Part shown: one piece after another, positions 9,043 through 19,731 of the stretch
Layout: each line of letters begins with the position of its first letter
How positions within the stretch are numbered: the first letter of the stretch is position 1
NCBI GenBank assembly: GCA_963666115.2
Contig: CAXXET010000004.1
Location: forward strand, 160,001-224,000
Direction of reading: 5' to 3'
DNA: 64,000 bases
From: Dehalococcoidia bacterium
GTDB taxonomy: Bacteria; Chloroflexota; Dehalococcoidia; UBA6926
The notes under the pieces: model-generated
What the model was told of the DNA's origin: nothing
The model's database searches: none
The model's input: the letters and a program-made list of their open reading frames with translations, nothing else
Translations under genes and position numbers: made by a program

Positions 9043-9681
9043 CTACGTCGCGACGCCCAGCGCGATGATCAGCGCCACCCAAATGATGATGACCATGAAG
9101 ATCACAATGACGGTCACGAAAATCGAGACCAGGAATGACGCAATGCCGCTCAGCACGGCCAACAGCGTGCTCAACTGGTAGTTCTCACGAATGAGGAGAA
9201 TGCCCAAGATGGCGTACCAAATTAACACGACAATGCTGACCGCTCCGGCAATCACCGCGAACACGGACGAATCGCCTTCGCCCCTGATGAGAACGTCGAT
9301 CAGGCCCGGCACGACGGGTATTAGGCTCAGGGCCGAGAGCAGCAACAGCCCCGAAAGCATCCCGGTGTACGCTCCGACCCCGCCAAACAGCTTCGATATC
9401 AGGTGGACGATCAGGGAGGAAATGCCGGTCGCAAATGCGGCGAAACCGACGAACAGGATTGCGCCGATGATGGCGGCGACCGGCCCGATGGATATCTCCT
9501 CATCGCTGAATTGCTCAAACGTGCCGGGGTCGATCCCCAGGCCAAATCGGATGATCCCGTTCGCGATGAACACGATCAGCAGCGTCACCAGCCCAAGCCC
9601 CACCGGCCGCTCTGCCACAATCTCCCGTATCGTCTCGATGGGCCGCAGAATCAGCCCAACGTACCAGTTCAATAGCGTCAT
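9043..9681 (-). CDS. Yip1-family membrane protein (probable founder of the array)
   Basis: WYVGLILRPIETIREI, HLISKLFGG, RENYQL; GGAGG RBS before ATG 9681. Confidence 0.8.
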   Translation of the reverse strand: MTLLNWYVGLILRPIETIREIVAERPVGLGLVTLLIVFIANGIIRFGLGIDPGTFEQFSDEEISIGPVAAIIGAILFVGFAAFATGISSLIVHLISKLFGGVGAYTGMLSGLLLLSALSLIPVVPGLIDVLIRGEGDSSVFAVIAGAVSIVVLIWYAILGILLIRENYQLSTLLAVLSGIASFLVSIFVTVIVIFMVIIIWVALIIALGVAT

Positions 9682-9798
9682 CTCGTTTTCCTCCGCTGCT
9701 TGTCGCCCCGTGCCGCTCGTCAATACCGCCCCTTAATTTTACGCCACCACGCAATCAAACCCTCCCGCCGCCCCCGCCGTGTGCGCTACAATGACCGT

Positions 9799-10701
9799 AT
9801 GACAGACGCCCTGCTTGAAACACAACTCCCCTTCCCCATGATCCATCGCGGCAAGGTCCGCGATACATACGACCTCGGCAGCGACACGCTCCTGCTGGTC
9901 GCCACCGACCGCGTCTCCGCGTTTGATGTCGTCCTCCCCACCGGCGTCCCCGGGCGCGGCATCGTCCTCTCGGAAATCTCCGCCTTCTGGTTCCGTCGCT
10001 CCGGCCATGAGTTCCCCAACCACTTCATCGGCATGGCCCATGAGCCGGAGGTCGCCAACGAATACAAGCTCGGCGACCTCGATGAGCCCGTCGCGCGCCG
10101 CGGAATGGTCGTCAAAAAGGCGGAGCGCATCGACATCGAGTGCGTCGTGCGCGGCTACATCACCGGCTCCGCGTTGGCCGAATACCGCAAGTCCGGTACG
10201 GTGCAGGGCTATGACCTGCCCCCGGACATGGTTGACTCGCAGGCCTTTGAGTCCGCGCTCTTCACCCCCACCACCAAGGAGGAGACGGGGCACGATATTC
10301 CCCTGACGGTTGACGAACTCTGGAAGCAGGTGGGCGGCAACATCGCCTGGCCCCTTGAAGAGCACAGCCTCGCCCTCTACCGCATGGCGTCCGACTATGC
10401 CCGCGCGATGGGTGTCATCCTTGCGGACACCAAGTTCGAGTTCGGCATCATAGACGGCAAGATCTCGGTGATCGACGAGCTGCTGACGCCGGACTCCTCC
10501 CGCTACTGGGACGCCAACATCTATGAGGCGGGCAAGCCCCAGCCCAGTTTCGACAAGCAGATCATCCGCGATTGGCTGACGGAATCCGGCTGGAATCGCG
10601 AGCCGCCCGCGCCGGAACTGCCCGACGACATCGTCCAGCAGACCATCGACAAGTACCGCGACGTATACCAGCGGCTAACGTCACAGGAGCTCGTCCTGTG
10701 A
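9799..10701 (+). CDS. purC: Phosphoribosylaminoimidazole-succinocarboxamide synthase
   Basis: HRGKVRDTY, ATDRVSAFD, ECVVRGYITGS, ADTKFEFG, DELLTPDSSR, SFDKQ; TACAAT 7 nt before ATG. Confidence 0.97.
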   Translation: MTDALLETQLPFPMIHRGKVRDTYDLGSDTLLLVATDRVSAFDVVLPTGVPGRGIVLSEISAFWFRRSGHEFPNHFIGMAHEPEVANEYKLGDLDEPVARRGMVVKKAERIDIECVVRGYITGSALAEYRKSGTVQGYDLPPDMVDSQAFESALFTPTTKEETGHDIPLTVDELWKQVGGNIAWPLEEHSLALYRMASDYARAMGVILADTKFEFGIIDGKISVIDELLTPDSSRYWDANIYEAGKPQPSFDKQIIRDWLTESGWNREPPAPELPDDIVQQTIDKYRDVYQRLTSQELVL

Positions 10702-10913
10702 GCATCGGCCGCATCGTCGGGAGCGCGCTCATCGGACTCGCGGCGGCGGTCATGCTGTACACCATCGTCGGCGCAGTCAGCACCGTCTGGGGCGTGGCGC
10801 AATTCGATGAGATGCCCATCACGGTCAAGCTCTTCCTGCCCGTCATATTCGGCACGCTCGCCGGAACGCTTGGCGTCATGGCCGTCCAACGCCTCCGCCA
10901 ATCCCGCAGATGA
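10698..10913 (+). CDS. Small two-TM hypothetical membrane protein
   Basis: GTG start overlaps purC stop, stop overlaps purS ATG; two hydrophobic segments. Confidence 0.65.
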   Translation: MSIGRIVGSALIGLAAAVMLYTIVGAVSTVWGVAQFDEMPITVKLFLPVIFGTLAGTLGVMAVQRLRQSRR

Positions 10914-11185
10914 ACTACCTCGCCCGCATCTACGTCACCCCAAAGCCCGGCGTCGTCGATCCCCAGGGCCTCTCCATCCTGGGCGGCCTCAAGAACCTCG
11001 GCTACGATTCCGTAACCGCCGTCCGCGCGGGACGCTACCTTGAAGTCCACCTCGGCGAAGCCCCCTCAAAACAGGACGCCGAAACCCGCACAACGGAAAT
11101 GTGCCGCCAACTGCTAGCCAACCCCGTAATAGAAGACTACCGCTTCGAAGTCACAGAGTTCCCTCTCCCTGAGGGAGAGGGCTAG
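10910..11185 (+). CDS. purS: Phosphoribosylformylglycinamidine synthase subunit PurS
   Basis: KPGVVDPQG, VRAGRY, MCRQLLANPVIEDY. Confidence 0.95.
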   Translation: MNYLARIYVTPKPGVVDPQGLSILGGLKNLGYDSVTAVRAGRYLEVHLGEAPSKQDAETRTTEMCRQLLANPVIEDYRFEVTEFPLPEGEG

Positions 11186-11193
11186 GGTGAGGG
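11159..11193 (+). repeat. CCCTCTCCC-N-GGGAGAGGG type palindrome between convergent purS/hisB
   Basis: TTCCCTCTCCCTGAGGGAGAGGGCTAGGGTGAGGG; single copy in window; supplies the last purS codons. Confidence 0.55.
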
Positions 11194-11201
11194 GGACCCC
11201 C

Positions 11202-11816
11202 CTACCCCGTCAGCGTCCCCTTCGTAGACGGCGCCACTCCCGCAAACCTCTCATCGCGCCGCGTCGCCGCATCCAACGCCTTCGCCAGCGCCTTGAACGC
11301 AGACTCCGCAATGTGGTGATCGTTGACCCCGGCATGTTGCACGACGTGCAAGTTGATCCGCGCCTCCCGCGCCATCGACTCCAGCAGGTGGCCGATTAGC
11401 TCCGTTCGCAGATCGCCAACCATCGCCGATGTGAACGTCAGCCCGATGGCGGAATAGCCCCGCCCGCCTAGGTCGATTGCCGCCGTCGTCAGCGCGTCGT
11501 CCAGCGGCGCGGTCGCGTGGGCAATCCGCATGATGCCGGTTCGGTCCCCAAGCGCCTCTCCCAGCGCGCGCCCCAGCACGATGCCCACGTCCTCAGCCGT
11601 GTGGTGCCCGTCAGGATCGTTCAGCCCCTCGGCGCGAACGGTCAGGTCAAAGCCGCTGTGCCGCGCAAGCTGGTCCAGCATGTGATCCAGCATCCGGTAG
11701 CCCGTGCTGACCTCATAGTTCGCCCGCCCGTCGATGTTGATGGACACCTCCACCACCGTCTCGCCCGTCTCGCGGCGGGCGGTCGCCTGGCGCGGCGACG
11801 CTTCCTGACTTGTCAC
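11202..11816 (-). CDS. hisB: Imidazoleglycerol-phosphate dehydratase
   Basis: RETGET, LDHML, DGHHTAED, NDHHIAESAFKA, PSTKG. Confidence 0.96.
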   Translation of the reverse strand: MTSQEASPRQATARRETGETVVEVSINIDGRANYEVSTGYRMLDHMLDQLARHSGFDLTVRAEGLNDPDGHHTAEDVGIVLGRALGEALGDRTGIMRIAHATAPLDDALTTAAIDLGGRGYSAIGLTFTSAMVGDLRTELIGHLLESMAREARINLHVVQHAGVNDHHIAESAFKALAKALDAATRRDERFAGVAPSTKGTLTG

Positions 11817-12934
11817 CTCTGGGCCTCCATTTCCTCGCGCATGGCCGCCAGCAGGCGCTCATGGTCGCGCGGCCGCCCCACCGTGATGCGGATGCAGTCG
11901 CTCAGTCCCGGCGTATTGAAATGCCGCAGGGCGACGCCGCGGCGCAGCAGTGAGGCGTGCAGCGCCTTGGCGTCGTGCTCCAGGAACCGCACCAGCAGGA
12001 AATTGGCGTCCGACGGAAACACCTGGACGCTCGGCAGCAACCGCAATTCCCTCTCCAGCACGGCGCGCTCCTGCACGATGAGATTGACCGTCGCCAGCGC
12101 GGCGTCTATGTCCTCGATGGCCGCGACAGCCGCCGCCTGCGCCAGCGTGTTCACGTTGTACGGCGGCTTGACCGTCATCAGGATTCCGGCAAGGTCCGCG
12201 GGGAAGATGCCGTAGCCCACGCGCAGCCCCGCCAGCCCCGCCCACTTGCTGAACGTCCGCAGAAAAACAACGTTGGGGTACTCGTCCGCCAGGTACATGA
12301 GCGATTCCCCGGAGAACTCCGCGTACGCCTCATCGACAATCGTCAACGCCTGCGTCTCCGCGACGGCGCGAATCTCCTCCTCAGTAACGCTGTTGCCCGT
12401 CGGGTTGTTCGGCGTCGAAAAGAACACAATCGACGCCTCCCGCGCCGCCTCGACGAGACGCGGCAAGTCAATCGAAAAATCATCCTGGCTGCGCGGCACG
12501 CCGACAAACCGCGCGCCGGCAAGATCGGTCTCCACCGCGTACATGCCGAAAGTGGGCGGCGTCGCGACGACCGTGCCCTCCGGCCCCACGAAGAGCCGCG
12601 CCAAAAGCGCGATCAGTTCGTCGCTGCCCGACCCTGCGACGATGCGCTCCGCGTCAAAGCCCGTGTACCCCGCAAGGCAGGCCCGCAGCGCGGCGTGGTC
12701 GGGGTCAGGGTAGATGTTGGCGGCGTCGAACGACTCGATGAGCGCCCGCACGCGGGGCGGCGGCCCGTAGGGATTCTCATTGGCATTGAGACGCACGATG
12801 CCGTCTTCGCCCACCCCGCTCTCTGCCTGCAAGCGCTCAGGCGGCGCAACAGGCTCATACGGCTTCATATCCCGGAAGCGGGGCACCAGCCGATCCAAAA
12901 GAGGCACAGCAAGACGATCACGCGGCGTCACCAT
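11813..12934 (-). CDS. hisC: Histidinol-phosphate aminotransferase
   Basis: LNANENPY, YPD, GSDELI, PNNPTG, DEAYAEF, RTFSKWAGLAGLRVGY. Confidence 0.95.
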   Translation of the reverse strand: MVTPRDRLAVPLLDRLVPRFRDMKPYEPVAPPERLQAESGVGEDGIVRLNANENPYGPPPRVRALIESFDAANIYPDPDHAALRACLAGYTGFDAERIVAGSGSDELIALLARLFVGPEGTVVATPPTFGMYAVETDLAGARFVGVPRSQDDFSIDLPRLVEAAREASIVFFSTPNNPTGNSVTEEEIRAVAETQALTIVDEAYAEFSGESLMYLADEYPNVVFLRTFSKWAGLAGLRVGYGIFPADLAGILMTVKPPYNVNTLAQAAAVAAIEDIDAALATVNLIVQERAVLERELRLLPSVQVFPSDANFLLVRFLEHDAKALHASLLRRGVALRHFNTPGLSDCIRITVGRPRDHERLLAAMREEMEAQR

Positions 12935-12956
12935 AACAACCCCATTATCGCACGCC

Positions 12957-13667
12957 CTACTCCTCCACAGACACCGCCGTAATACTCGCCGCCTCCAACA
13001 CATCCTCATCGGGCCCGGGCACAGCCGCGACCGTCACCCGATCACCGACGGCCAAATCATCGATCTCGCCCGGCTGCGTGACAGTGATTCGCGTTCCGGC
13101 AATGGTCGCTATCCGCTGCGGCCCCGCCGGCGTCATCAGCGTAATCGTATCCCCGTCGATGGATTCAATCGTCCCGGCCATGCGCGTGCCGATTGCCGCA
13201 TTATCCGCATCCCCCGTCCCCACCGCGAACCCGGGCCTCCCCCGGGGGAATCCCGCTCCCTCGCCGCCCTGGAACTCCCTGATATCCAGGCGCATTTGCG
13301 CGAGGTCCGCCTCCGTGACGCCCTGCTCCCGCATCGCCTCCACCACTTCCGGCGGAATCTCCCCGTCGCCGTCCGGCCCAAACGTCACCGTCTCAATCTC
13401 TGCGTCGTCCCCGTCAAGCTCCACGACGCCCGGTTCCTCAGCCGTTATCGCCAGCGGCGGAACCTCTTCGACGTCCGCTTGCTGCCCCTGCCCGACCTGC
13501 ACGCCAACCGCGAACGCGCCGCCGATGCTCAGCCCCACCGCCAGCACGACTGCGGCAATGCCCATGAACGCGCGCCCGCTCAGCCCGCCGCCCTCCTCGT
13601 CGTCCGCTGCCGTTTCGTCCGCTGCCGTTTCGTCCGTCACCGCCGATTCAGTCGTTTGGTCGTCCAT
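12957..13667 (-). CDS. Membrane-anchored hypothetical protein with C-terminal OB-like (DUF5666-like) domain
   Basis: One TM helix; GTIESIDGDTITL...DLAVGDRVTV; last gene of the ABC exporter operon. Confidence 0.65.
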   Translation of the reverse strand: MDDQTTESAVTDETAADETAADDEEGGGLSGRAFMGIAAVVLAVGLSIGGAFAVGVQVGQGQQADVEEVPPLAITAEEPGVVELDGDDAEIETVTFGPDGDGEIPPEVVEAMREQGVTEADLAQMRLDIREFQGGEGAGFPRGRPGFAVGTGDADNAAIGTRMAGTIESIDGDTITLMTPAGPQRIATIAGTRITVTQPGEIDDLAVGDRVTVAAVPGPDEDVLEAASITAVSVEE

Positions 13668-13680
13668 GTCGCCTCATCTC

Positions 13681-14898
13681 CTATTCGTACCGCAGCGCCT
13701 CGATTGGATGGAGCGACGCCGCCCGCATCGCCGGATAGATGCCGAACACCAGCCCGATGAGCATCGAAACCCCCAGCGCCAGCGCCGTAATGTCCGTGCT
13801 CACCACCGTTCGGATGTCCTCATTCGCAAGCAGCGTCATGTTCATCCCCTGCGCGATGAGCATCCCAAGCAGTACGCCGATGATCCCGCCGCCCAGGCTC
13901 AGCAGCACCGCCTCCAGCACGAACTGCGAGAGAATGTCCCACCGCCGCGCCCCAACCGCCTTGCGAATGCCGATCTCCCGCGTCCGTTCCGTCACGGACA
14001 CGAGCATGATGTTCATAATCCCGATCCCGCCGACAATCAGCGAGATGCTCGCGATGGAACCCAGGAACAGCACGAAAGCCCGCGTCGTGTCCTGGAACGC
14101 CTCCAGCGCCTGCTGTTGATTCCGAACCTCAAAATCGTCCTCGTCCGTGATGCGGTGCCGCAGGCGCAGAATCCTGCTGACCTCCCCCTCCGCCCGTTCC
14201 ATGTTGGTGACATTGCCCACGAGGACGCTGATCGTATTGACGGTCACCGCCCCCTCCACTGACCGGTCCGCGCTGAACCGGCGGTACGCCGTCGTAATCG
14301 GAATCAGGATGCGGGTGTCCTCAAAGCCGAACGCCCCGCCGCCCCTGCTTTCCAGCACGCCGATAACCGTCATCTGCCGTTCGTTTACCTTGATGCTCTG
14401 CCCAATCGGATCGCGCCCCAGGAAGAGGTCCGCCGCCGTCTGCGAGCCGAGAACCGCCACGTCCGACGCCCCGGATACGTGCGGAATGCTGATGAAGCTG
14501 CCGCTGCCGACTGCGTAATCCCGCACGTCCTGGTACTCCGGTGTCACGCCCGTGATCTCAGTCGAAACAGACCGCGCGCCAAACCGGTTGGTCACGCTCG
14601 CCGTCCCGAACGCGTTGACCTCCGGCGCAACCATGTCCACCGATGGCGCGAGCAGCGGGTCCATCAGCGCGTAGGCGTCATCTAGCGTCAGCGTTCCGTA
14701 GTCTGAATTGACGAAGAGGATATTGGTGCCAAGCTCCTGGATGAACGACGTGACCGACTCCTGCACCCCGCGCCCGATGGACATCAGCGAAATCACCGCC
14801 GCCACGCCGATCACGATGCCCAGCAGCGTCAGCAGGCTCCGCAGCTTGTTGGCTCCGACAGACTGGAGCGCCGAAAGCAGCGTCCGTTGCGGACTCAC
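13681..14898 (-). CDS. MacB/FtsX-like ABC transporter permease
   Basis: [52 protein letters not shown]. Confidence 0.93.
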   Translation of the reverse strand: MSPQRTLLSALQSVGANKLRSLLTLLGIVIGVAAVISLMSIGRGVQESVTSFIQELGTNILFVNSDYGTLTLDDAYALMDPLLAPSVDMVAPEVNAFGTASVTNRFGARSVSTEITGVTPEYQDVRDYAVGSGSFISIPHVSGASDVAVLGSQTAADLFLGRDPIGQSIKVNERQMTVIGVLESRGGGAFGFEDTRILIPITTAYRRFSADRSVEGAVTVNTISVLVGNVTNMERAEGEVSRILRLRHRITDEDDFEVRNQQQALEAFQDTTRAFVLFLGSIASISLIVGGIGIMNIMLVSVTERTREIGIRKAVGARRWDILSQFVLEAVLLSLGGGIIGVLLGMLIAQGMNMTLLANEDIRTVVSTDITALALGVSMLIGLVFGIYPAMRAASLHPIEALRYE

Positions 14899-15578
14899 GC
14901 CGCGCCCCCGGTTTTCTCATCGCTGACGATTTCCCCGTCCCGCATCAGGATGACCCGCTCCGCAAAACGCGCGATGTCCTCCTCGTGCGTAACGATGATC
15001 ACCGTGATCCCCGATGATCGGTTAAGCTCTCGGAGCAGCTCGATGATCTCCAAACTGGAGCGGGAATCCAGGTTGCCCGTCGGCTCGTCGGCGAGCAGGA
15101 TGGACGGCTCGTTGACCAGCGCCCGCGCGATGGCAACTCGCTGCTGCTGTCCCCCGGACATCTCCGTTGGCCGGTGCCCCGTCCTGTCCGCAAGCCCCAC
15201 GCGCCCCAGCGCCTCCCGCGCCAAACGCGCGCTGCCGCCCTTTCGCGCGTACAACAGCGGCAGTTCCACGTTCGCCTCCGCCGTGAGGCGCGGCAGCAGG
15301 TTGTAGCTCTGGAACACGAACCCGATCTTACGGTTTCGGATCGCCGCCAGCCGTGAATCGGACAGCCGCCCCACGCCCACCCCATCGAGCGAATACCGGC
15401 CTGACGTGGGAACGTCCAAACAGCCCACGATATTCATCATGGTGGACTTGCCGGAGCCGGACGCGCCCATGATCGCGACCATCTCCCCGTCCCCGATGGT
15501 CAGGCTCACCCCGCGCAGCGCTGCAATCTCTACCTCGCCCATCCGGTAGATCTTCCGCACGTCCGCCAGCTCGATCAC
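14895..15578 (-). CDS. ABC transporter ATP-binding protein (MacB/LolD type)
   Basis: [31 protein letters not shown]. Confidence 0.95.
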   Translation of the reverse strand: MIELADVRKIYRMGEVEIAALRGVSLTIGDGEMVAIMGASGSGKSTMMNIVGCLDVPTSGRYSLDGVGVGRLSDSRLAAIRNRKIGFVFQSYNLLPRLTAEANVELPLLYARKGGSARLAREALGRVGLADRTGHRPTEMSGGQQQRVAIARALVNEPSILLADEPTGNLDSRSSLEIIELLRELNRSSGITVIIVTHEEDIARFAERVILMRDGEIVSDEKTGGAA

Positions 15579-15612
15579 GATGCCGCCTCCGCAGCCGCCG
15601 CGCCCAACGGCG

Positions 15613-17300
15613 CTACCCGACCCGCCTCACGGTCGTTGTCGTCGTCTGCCGCCGGATGCCGGGGCCGCCGAACATCCCGAAGTCCTCGGCCTCGGACACG
15701 TGCATGATGACCTCTTCGCCCTCCTCCACGCCCGACTCCACCACGACCCAGAAGTCGTCGTTGTTGCCCAGCGTCACGGGGCGCGGCTCTATCGTGTCGT
15801 CCGCCATGACGCGCAGCAGTGGCTCCTGGAACGTGCCGTAGATCGACTGCACGGGAACCAGCAGGACGTCGAACTCTTCCTCCACGGCCATCCGCGCAGT
15901 CGCGTTCATGCCCTCCCGCAGGTCAACGCCCGGCACAATGTCGATGCGGACCATCACGGAGAAAACGGCGATGCCCTGTTCCAGCTGCGCCCCGGACGAT
16001 ATGGACGATATTGACCCGGTGAACACCTGCCCCGGCATCGCATCGAGGGTAATTTCTGCCGCATCGCCGTAGCTGATCTGCAGCACGTCGGTCTCATCCA
16101 CCTGCCCCTGGAGTTCCACGACGGACGTGTCAATGATCTCCACGGCAATACGTGATTCCACCTGGATCGCCTCGCCCGCCACCGCGTTCAGGACTGCCAC
16201 AATCCCGTCGATTGGCGCGCGAACGGTCGCGTCCTCCCGCCGTTGCAGCGCGTCATCCAGCGCGACCTGCGCCGTGACAAGCTCGGCCTCCCGCAGGCTC
16301 CGCGTGTACCCCGCCGGCCCGCCGGAGGCATCGTCAACGGCCTGCCGTGCCTGCTCATGCCTGTCCCGCGCCGCGTCCAGCTTGTCCTGTGCGTCTCGAA
16401 TTGCGCTGTCCCTGGCCGTTATCGCGCCGTCCAGCGCGTCGCGGGCAGAGATAAGGCCGTTCCACGCGTCATCAAATCCCTTCTGTAAACAGTGTCCATT
16501 AAGAGGATGCGCGTCCGTGCTCTCACACGCGGCGACGACCTCTCCCGGATAAAAATTGACGACGCCGTACACAAGCGTCTCCGACCATCTGGTGGCCGGG
16601 TCGTCCTGCGGGGCGCCGCTCGAATAGATGCCCCGCCCCGTGTCGTCCCCAACGGCCTCGATGAGCAGTTCTTCCAGGTTCACTCCCCATGCCGTCAACA
16701 AGTCCTTCGGGGCCGTCCCCAACTCATCCGCCCCCAGCGTGACGCCCAGCCAAGCCGAGAAAATATTCCGATAGTCGTCTTCCCCTTTACCAACGTCATC
16801 CTGCGCAGTGTCGATCTTGTCCCGGTGTTCCTTTTCCATATCTGCGAGGGCCCGCTCGGCATCCGAAACATCCGCCTCTGCGGTAACCAGGCCGGACTGC
16901 GTGTCCGCAAGCAGGTTCGCAAGCGCATCCTCAGCGTCGCGCAGGGCAATCTGCGCCTTCGCAACGTCCATGTCGTGCCGCGCCACCGTCGCGTCATCCA
17001 GCGTCAGCAACGCCTGCCCTTCAATGACGGCCTGCCCCTCTTCAACCAACACGTCCTTGGACGATTGAATCCGCGCTGAGACGTATCGACTCCCGCCGCG
17101 GCAGCGTGAGCGTGCCGCCCGTCTGTATCTGGTTGACCAGATCCCCCGCGCGTCACTGCCACCAGTTGCTCATTCTCGGTGAGCCCGCCGGCCGCTTGGT
17201 CGTTCGAGAGCTGCCCGCCAACGAAGACGACCGCCCCCGCCGCGCCCGCAATCAGCACGCCGATGATCACGATGAATTGCCACGGACGAAGACGTCGCAT
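15613..17300 (-). CDS. HlyD/MacA-like periplasmic adaptor (two apparent +1 frameshifts near 5' end)
   Basis: N-terminal TM (17300), VLVEEGQAV, coiled coils, VRAPIDG, VDETDV, GMNATA; frame restored by removing one base at ~17145 and one at ~17059. Confidence 0.8.
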
Positions 17301-17401
17301 TGTCGCCACTAGACCCACACCTCAACTTGTCTCGAATGTCCCACGCAGAGCGCGCACAGTTAAGTCAACGCTATCACGCCCCCCGCGCGTTAGCAATGGG
17401 A

Positions 17402-17436
17402 CAAAAAGAAGAGGCGGGGCGCATGTGCGCCCCGCC
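17402..17436 (-). terminator. Intrinsic terminator after thioredoxin-family gene
   Basis: GGCGGGGCGCA/TGCGCCCCGCC stem followed on the minus strand by TCTTCTTTTT. Confidence 0.75.
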
Positions 17437-17456
17437 CCTTTCGGCTCAAAGAAATC

Positions 17457-18041
17457 CTAGAGCGAAAGCCGCTGCGCGAGCAGCTCCCGCAGCTCCCGCA
17501 CAGTCTCCACCTGCCACGCCGGATAGCGGGCCTGCGTCTTGTCGCGGATCGCGCGGCGGAACTCCTGCTCGTCCGCGTCCGGCATCGCCGCCTTCGTCTC
17601 CTCGTTGATCTTGGGCATCTCCTCGTTCGCGGACACCGGGGCGCTCATGCCAGTGCCCGATCTCGTCCATGTCGTCCGTGTAGAACACCGGCACGGGGAT
17701 GGACATGAACTCGCCCCCCTTGAGGAACTCGTTCATGATGTCGAGGTTCTCGTCGCGCGGGAAACACGCTGACCCTCCATCCCGGCCGCCTCGGCGATCT
17801 TGGCCAAGACCGGCATCCCGCGGAACACGTCCGGGCACCAGTCCTCGCCCAGGATCAGCATCCTCGTCGCCCCCGCCTCTTTCGCGCGGCGGAAAAACGC
17901 GACGTCGTCGTCCGAGAGCCGCGCGCTGGCGTAATACTGCTCGAACTTGTCCTTGTTCACCTTGATCTGCGCGATGTAGTCGTCGTACGTGAATCCCGCT
18001 CCAAAGCGCTCGGGCGTCACCACGGTCGTCTTCTCAGCCAT
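17457..18041 (-). CDS. Thioredoxin-family protein (WCPD type), split by three apparent +1 homopolymer insertions
   Basis: EDWCPDV, FPRDENLDIM, SIPV, HWHERP segments lie in successive frames. Confidence 0.75.
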
Positions 18042-18085
18042 GTCACATTCCCCCAATGCCGCGTACAGCGGCCCCGTTCGACTCT

Positions 18086-18326
18086 CTATCCAATGTTACA
18101 ACTGATCATGTCCTTGTAGCCCATCGTGACCTTGCCGTCCGGATACACGACGATTGGCACCACGTCGCCCGAATTCGCGCGCCTCATCGAGCCACGCCTG
18201 GTTCTCATCCACCTGGCGCTCCTCGAACTCGATGCCCTGCTTTGTCCAATCCTCTTTCATCACCACGCACGCCGGGCACGTCGTCAACGTGTACACAACC
18301 GGCTTTGCGCCAACCCCTGTCGCCAC
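18086..18326 (-). CDS. Glutaredoxin-like protein (one apparent +1 frameshift)
   Basis: VVYTLTTCPAC, GIEFEERQVD, then GDVVPIVVYPDG after removing one base at ~17 codons from the end region (~18169); GGAGGT RBS. Confidence 0.75.
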
Positions 18327-18452
18327 AAACACCTCCACCGAGCCTTCGGCTGCGGCTGTAAGTCCTCTTCCGTCTCCAACTTGATTCTACAACCAGTCTC
18401 CCGACGATGAAACCAAACAACGCTCCCGCCCCGCCCGTGTCATCATAGAGCC

Positions 18453-19731
18453 ATGGTTGGCCAAAACAGCATCGCCCTCGAACTCGGGCAAAACCTCCCC
18501 CCTGACCTCCTCGAAACATGCCGGACGCTCGGCGACATCGCCGAACCCGGCACGCTATTCATCGTCGGCGGGCGCAATCCGGGACATCCTGCTTGGCAGA
18601 CAGCCCGATGAAGTCGATCTCGTCATCCAGGGCAACGCGGAAGAACTGGCCCAAAGAGCAGTCCAATTCCGCCTTGCCCGCCGCACCGCCGCCTCCCAGT
18701 TCATGACCGTCAAGCTCACCATCGGCGCCCGCGACATAGACCTCGCCACCGCCCGCGCCGAAACCTACGCCTCGCCCGGCGCCCTGCCGGACGTTGCTCC
18801 GGCGGACATCGAGACGGACCTGCGACGCCGCGACTTCGCCGCAAACGCCATCGCCGTCTCCATCGGCTCCATGGATTTCGGCCGCGTCATCGATCCCCAC
18901 CATGGCGTCAACGATGTGCAGGCAGGCGTGCTCCGCGCCCTCCACCCCGCATCATTCCGCGACGACCCCACGCGCATCATTCGCGCCGCCCGTTACGCCG
19001 CCCGCCTCCGGTTCAAGCTCCACACCGAGACCGAAGCGTGGCTCAAGAACGACGCCCCGCTCATCAGAACGGTAGGCCCCGACCGCCTCCGCAACGAGCT
19101 CAACCGGCTCTGGCGGGAAGAAAAGCCCATCGAAGGGCTGCACTTGCTCCAATCATGGGGCGTTCTGGACAACCTCCCCACGGCATCCCAGTGGGTGACC
19201 GGCCTCTACAGTATCTCGCTGTCCGATCGGGAAGAGGCGGCCAGGCCTGATGACGCCGGTGTTGCCGACATCCATTGGGCGCTCATTGCGACGACCATTG
19301 GCAATGAATACGAAACGCTCACCGACGCCTTCCATCTCGCCGGCAGCGCGCAACGCGCCGTCGATGACATCCGCCTCTGGAAAACGACCGGCGCGGCGAG
19401 ATTCCGCGAAGCCTCCGAATCGAATCGCCCAAGCCACGTCGCGGACATCCTCGCCCTCTTTGAGCCCGCCGCCCTCGTCGCCCTCTACCTCACCGGCGAC
19501 GCCCCGGAGGCCCGCGCCATCGCCTCGTATCTCGGCGCGTGGCGGCACGTCCAACCGGAACTGAACGGCAACGACCTTCTTGAAATGGGCGTCCGTCAGG
19601 GCCCGCTCATCGGCAAGTTCCTTGACCGGTTGCGGAAAGACCGCATGGACGGCCTGGTCATGAACAGGGACGGCGAAACGCAGTTGGTCAGGCAGTGGAC
19701 GGGGCGCGGTTCTGCCGCCGCCGGCGGATAG
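18453..19731 (+). CDS. cca: CCA-adding tRNA nucleotidyltransferase (apparent +1 frameshift at ~18572)
   Basis: FIVGG-AIRD, EVDLV, DLATARAETY..PGALP, DLRRRDF..NAIA, SFRDDPTRIIRAARYAAR. Confidence 0.85.

Noticed and set aside
17050-18580. Programmed frameshifting or pseudogenisation of adaptor, thioredoxin, glutaredoxin and CCA genes
   Set aside because: About seven single-base insertions, all in short homopolymers, cluster in 1.5 kb across unrelated genes including a housekeeping enzyme; this is typical of low-coverage long-read error
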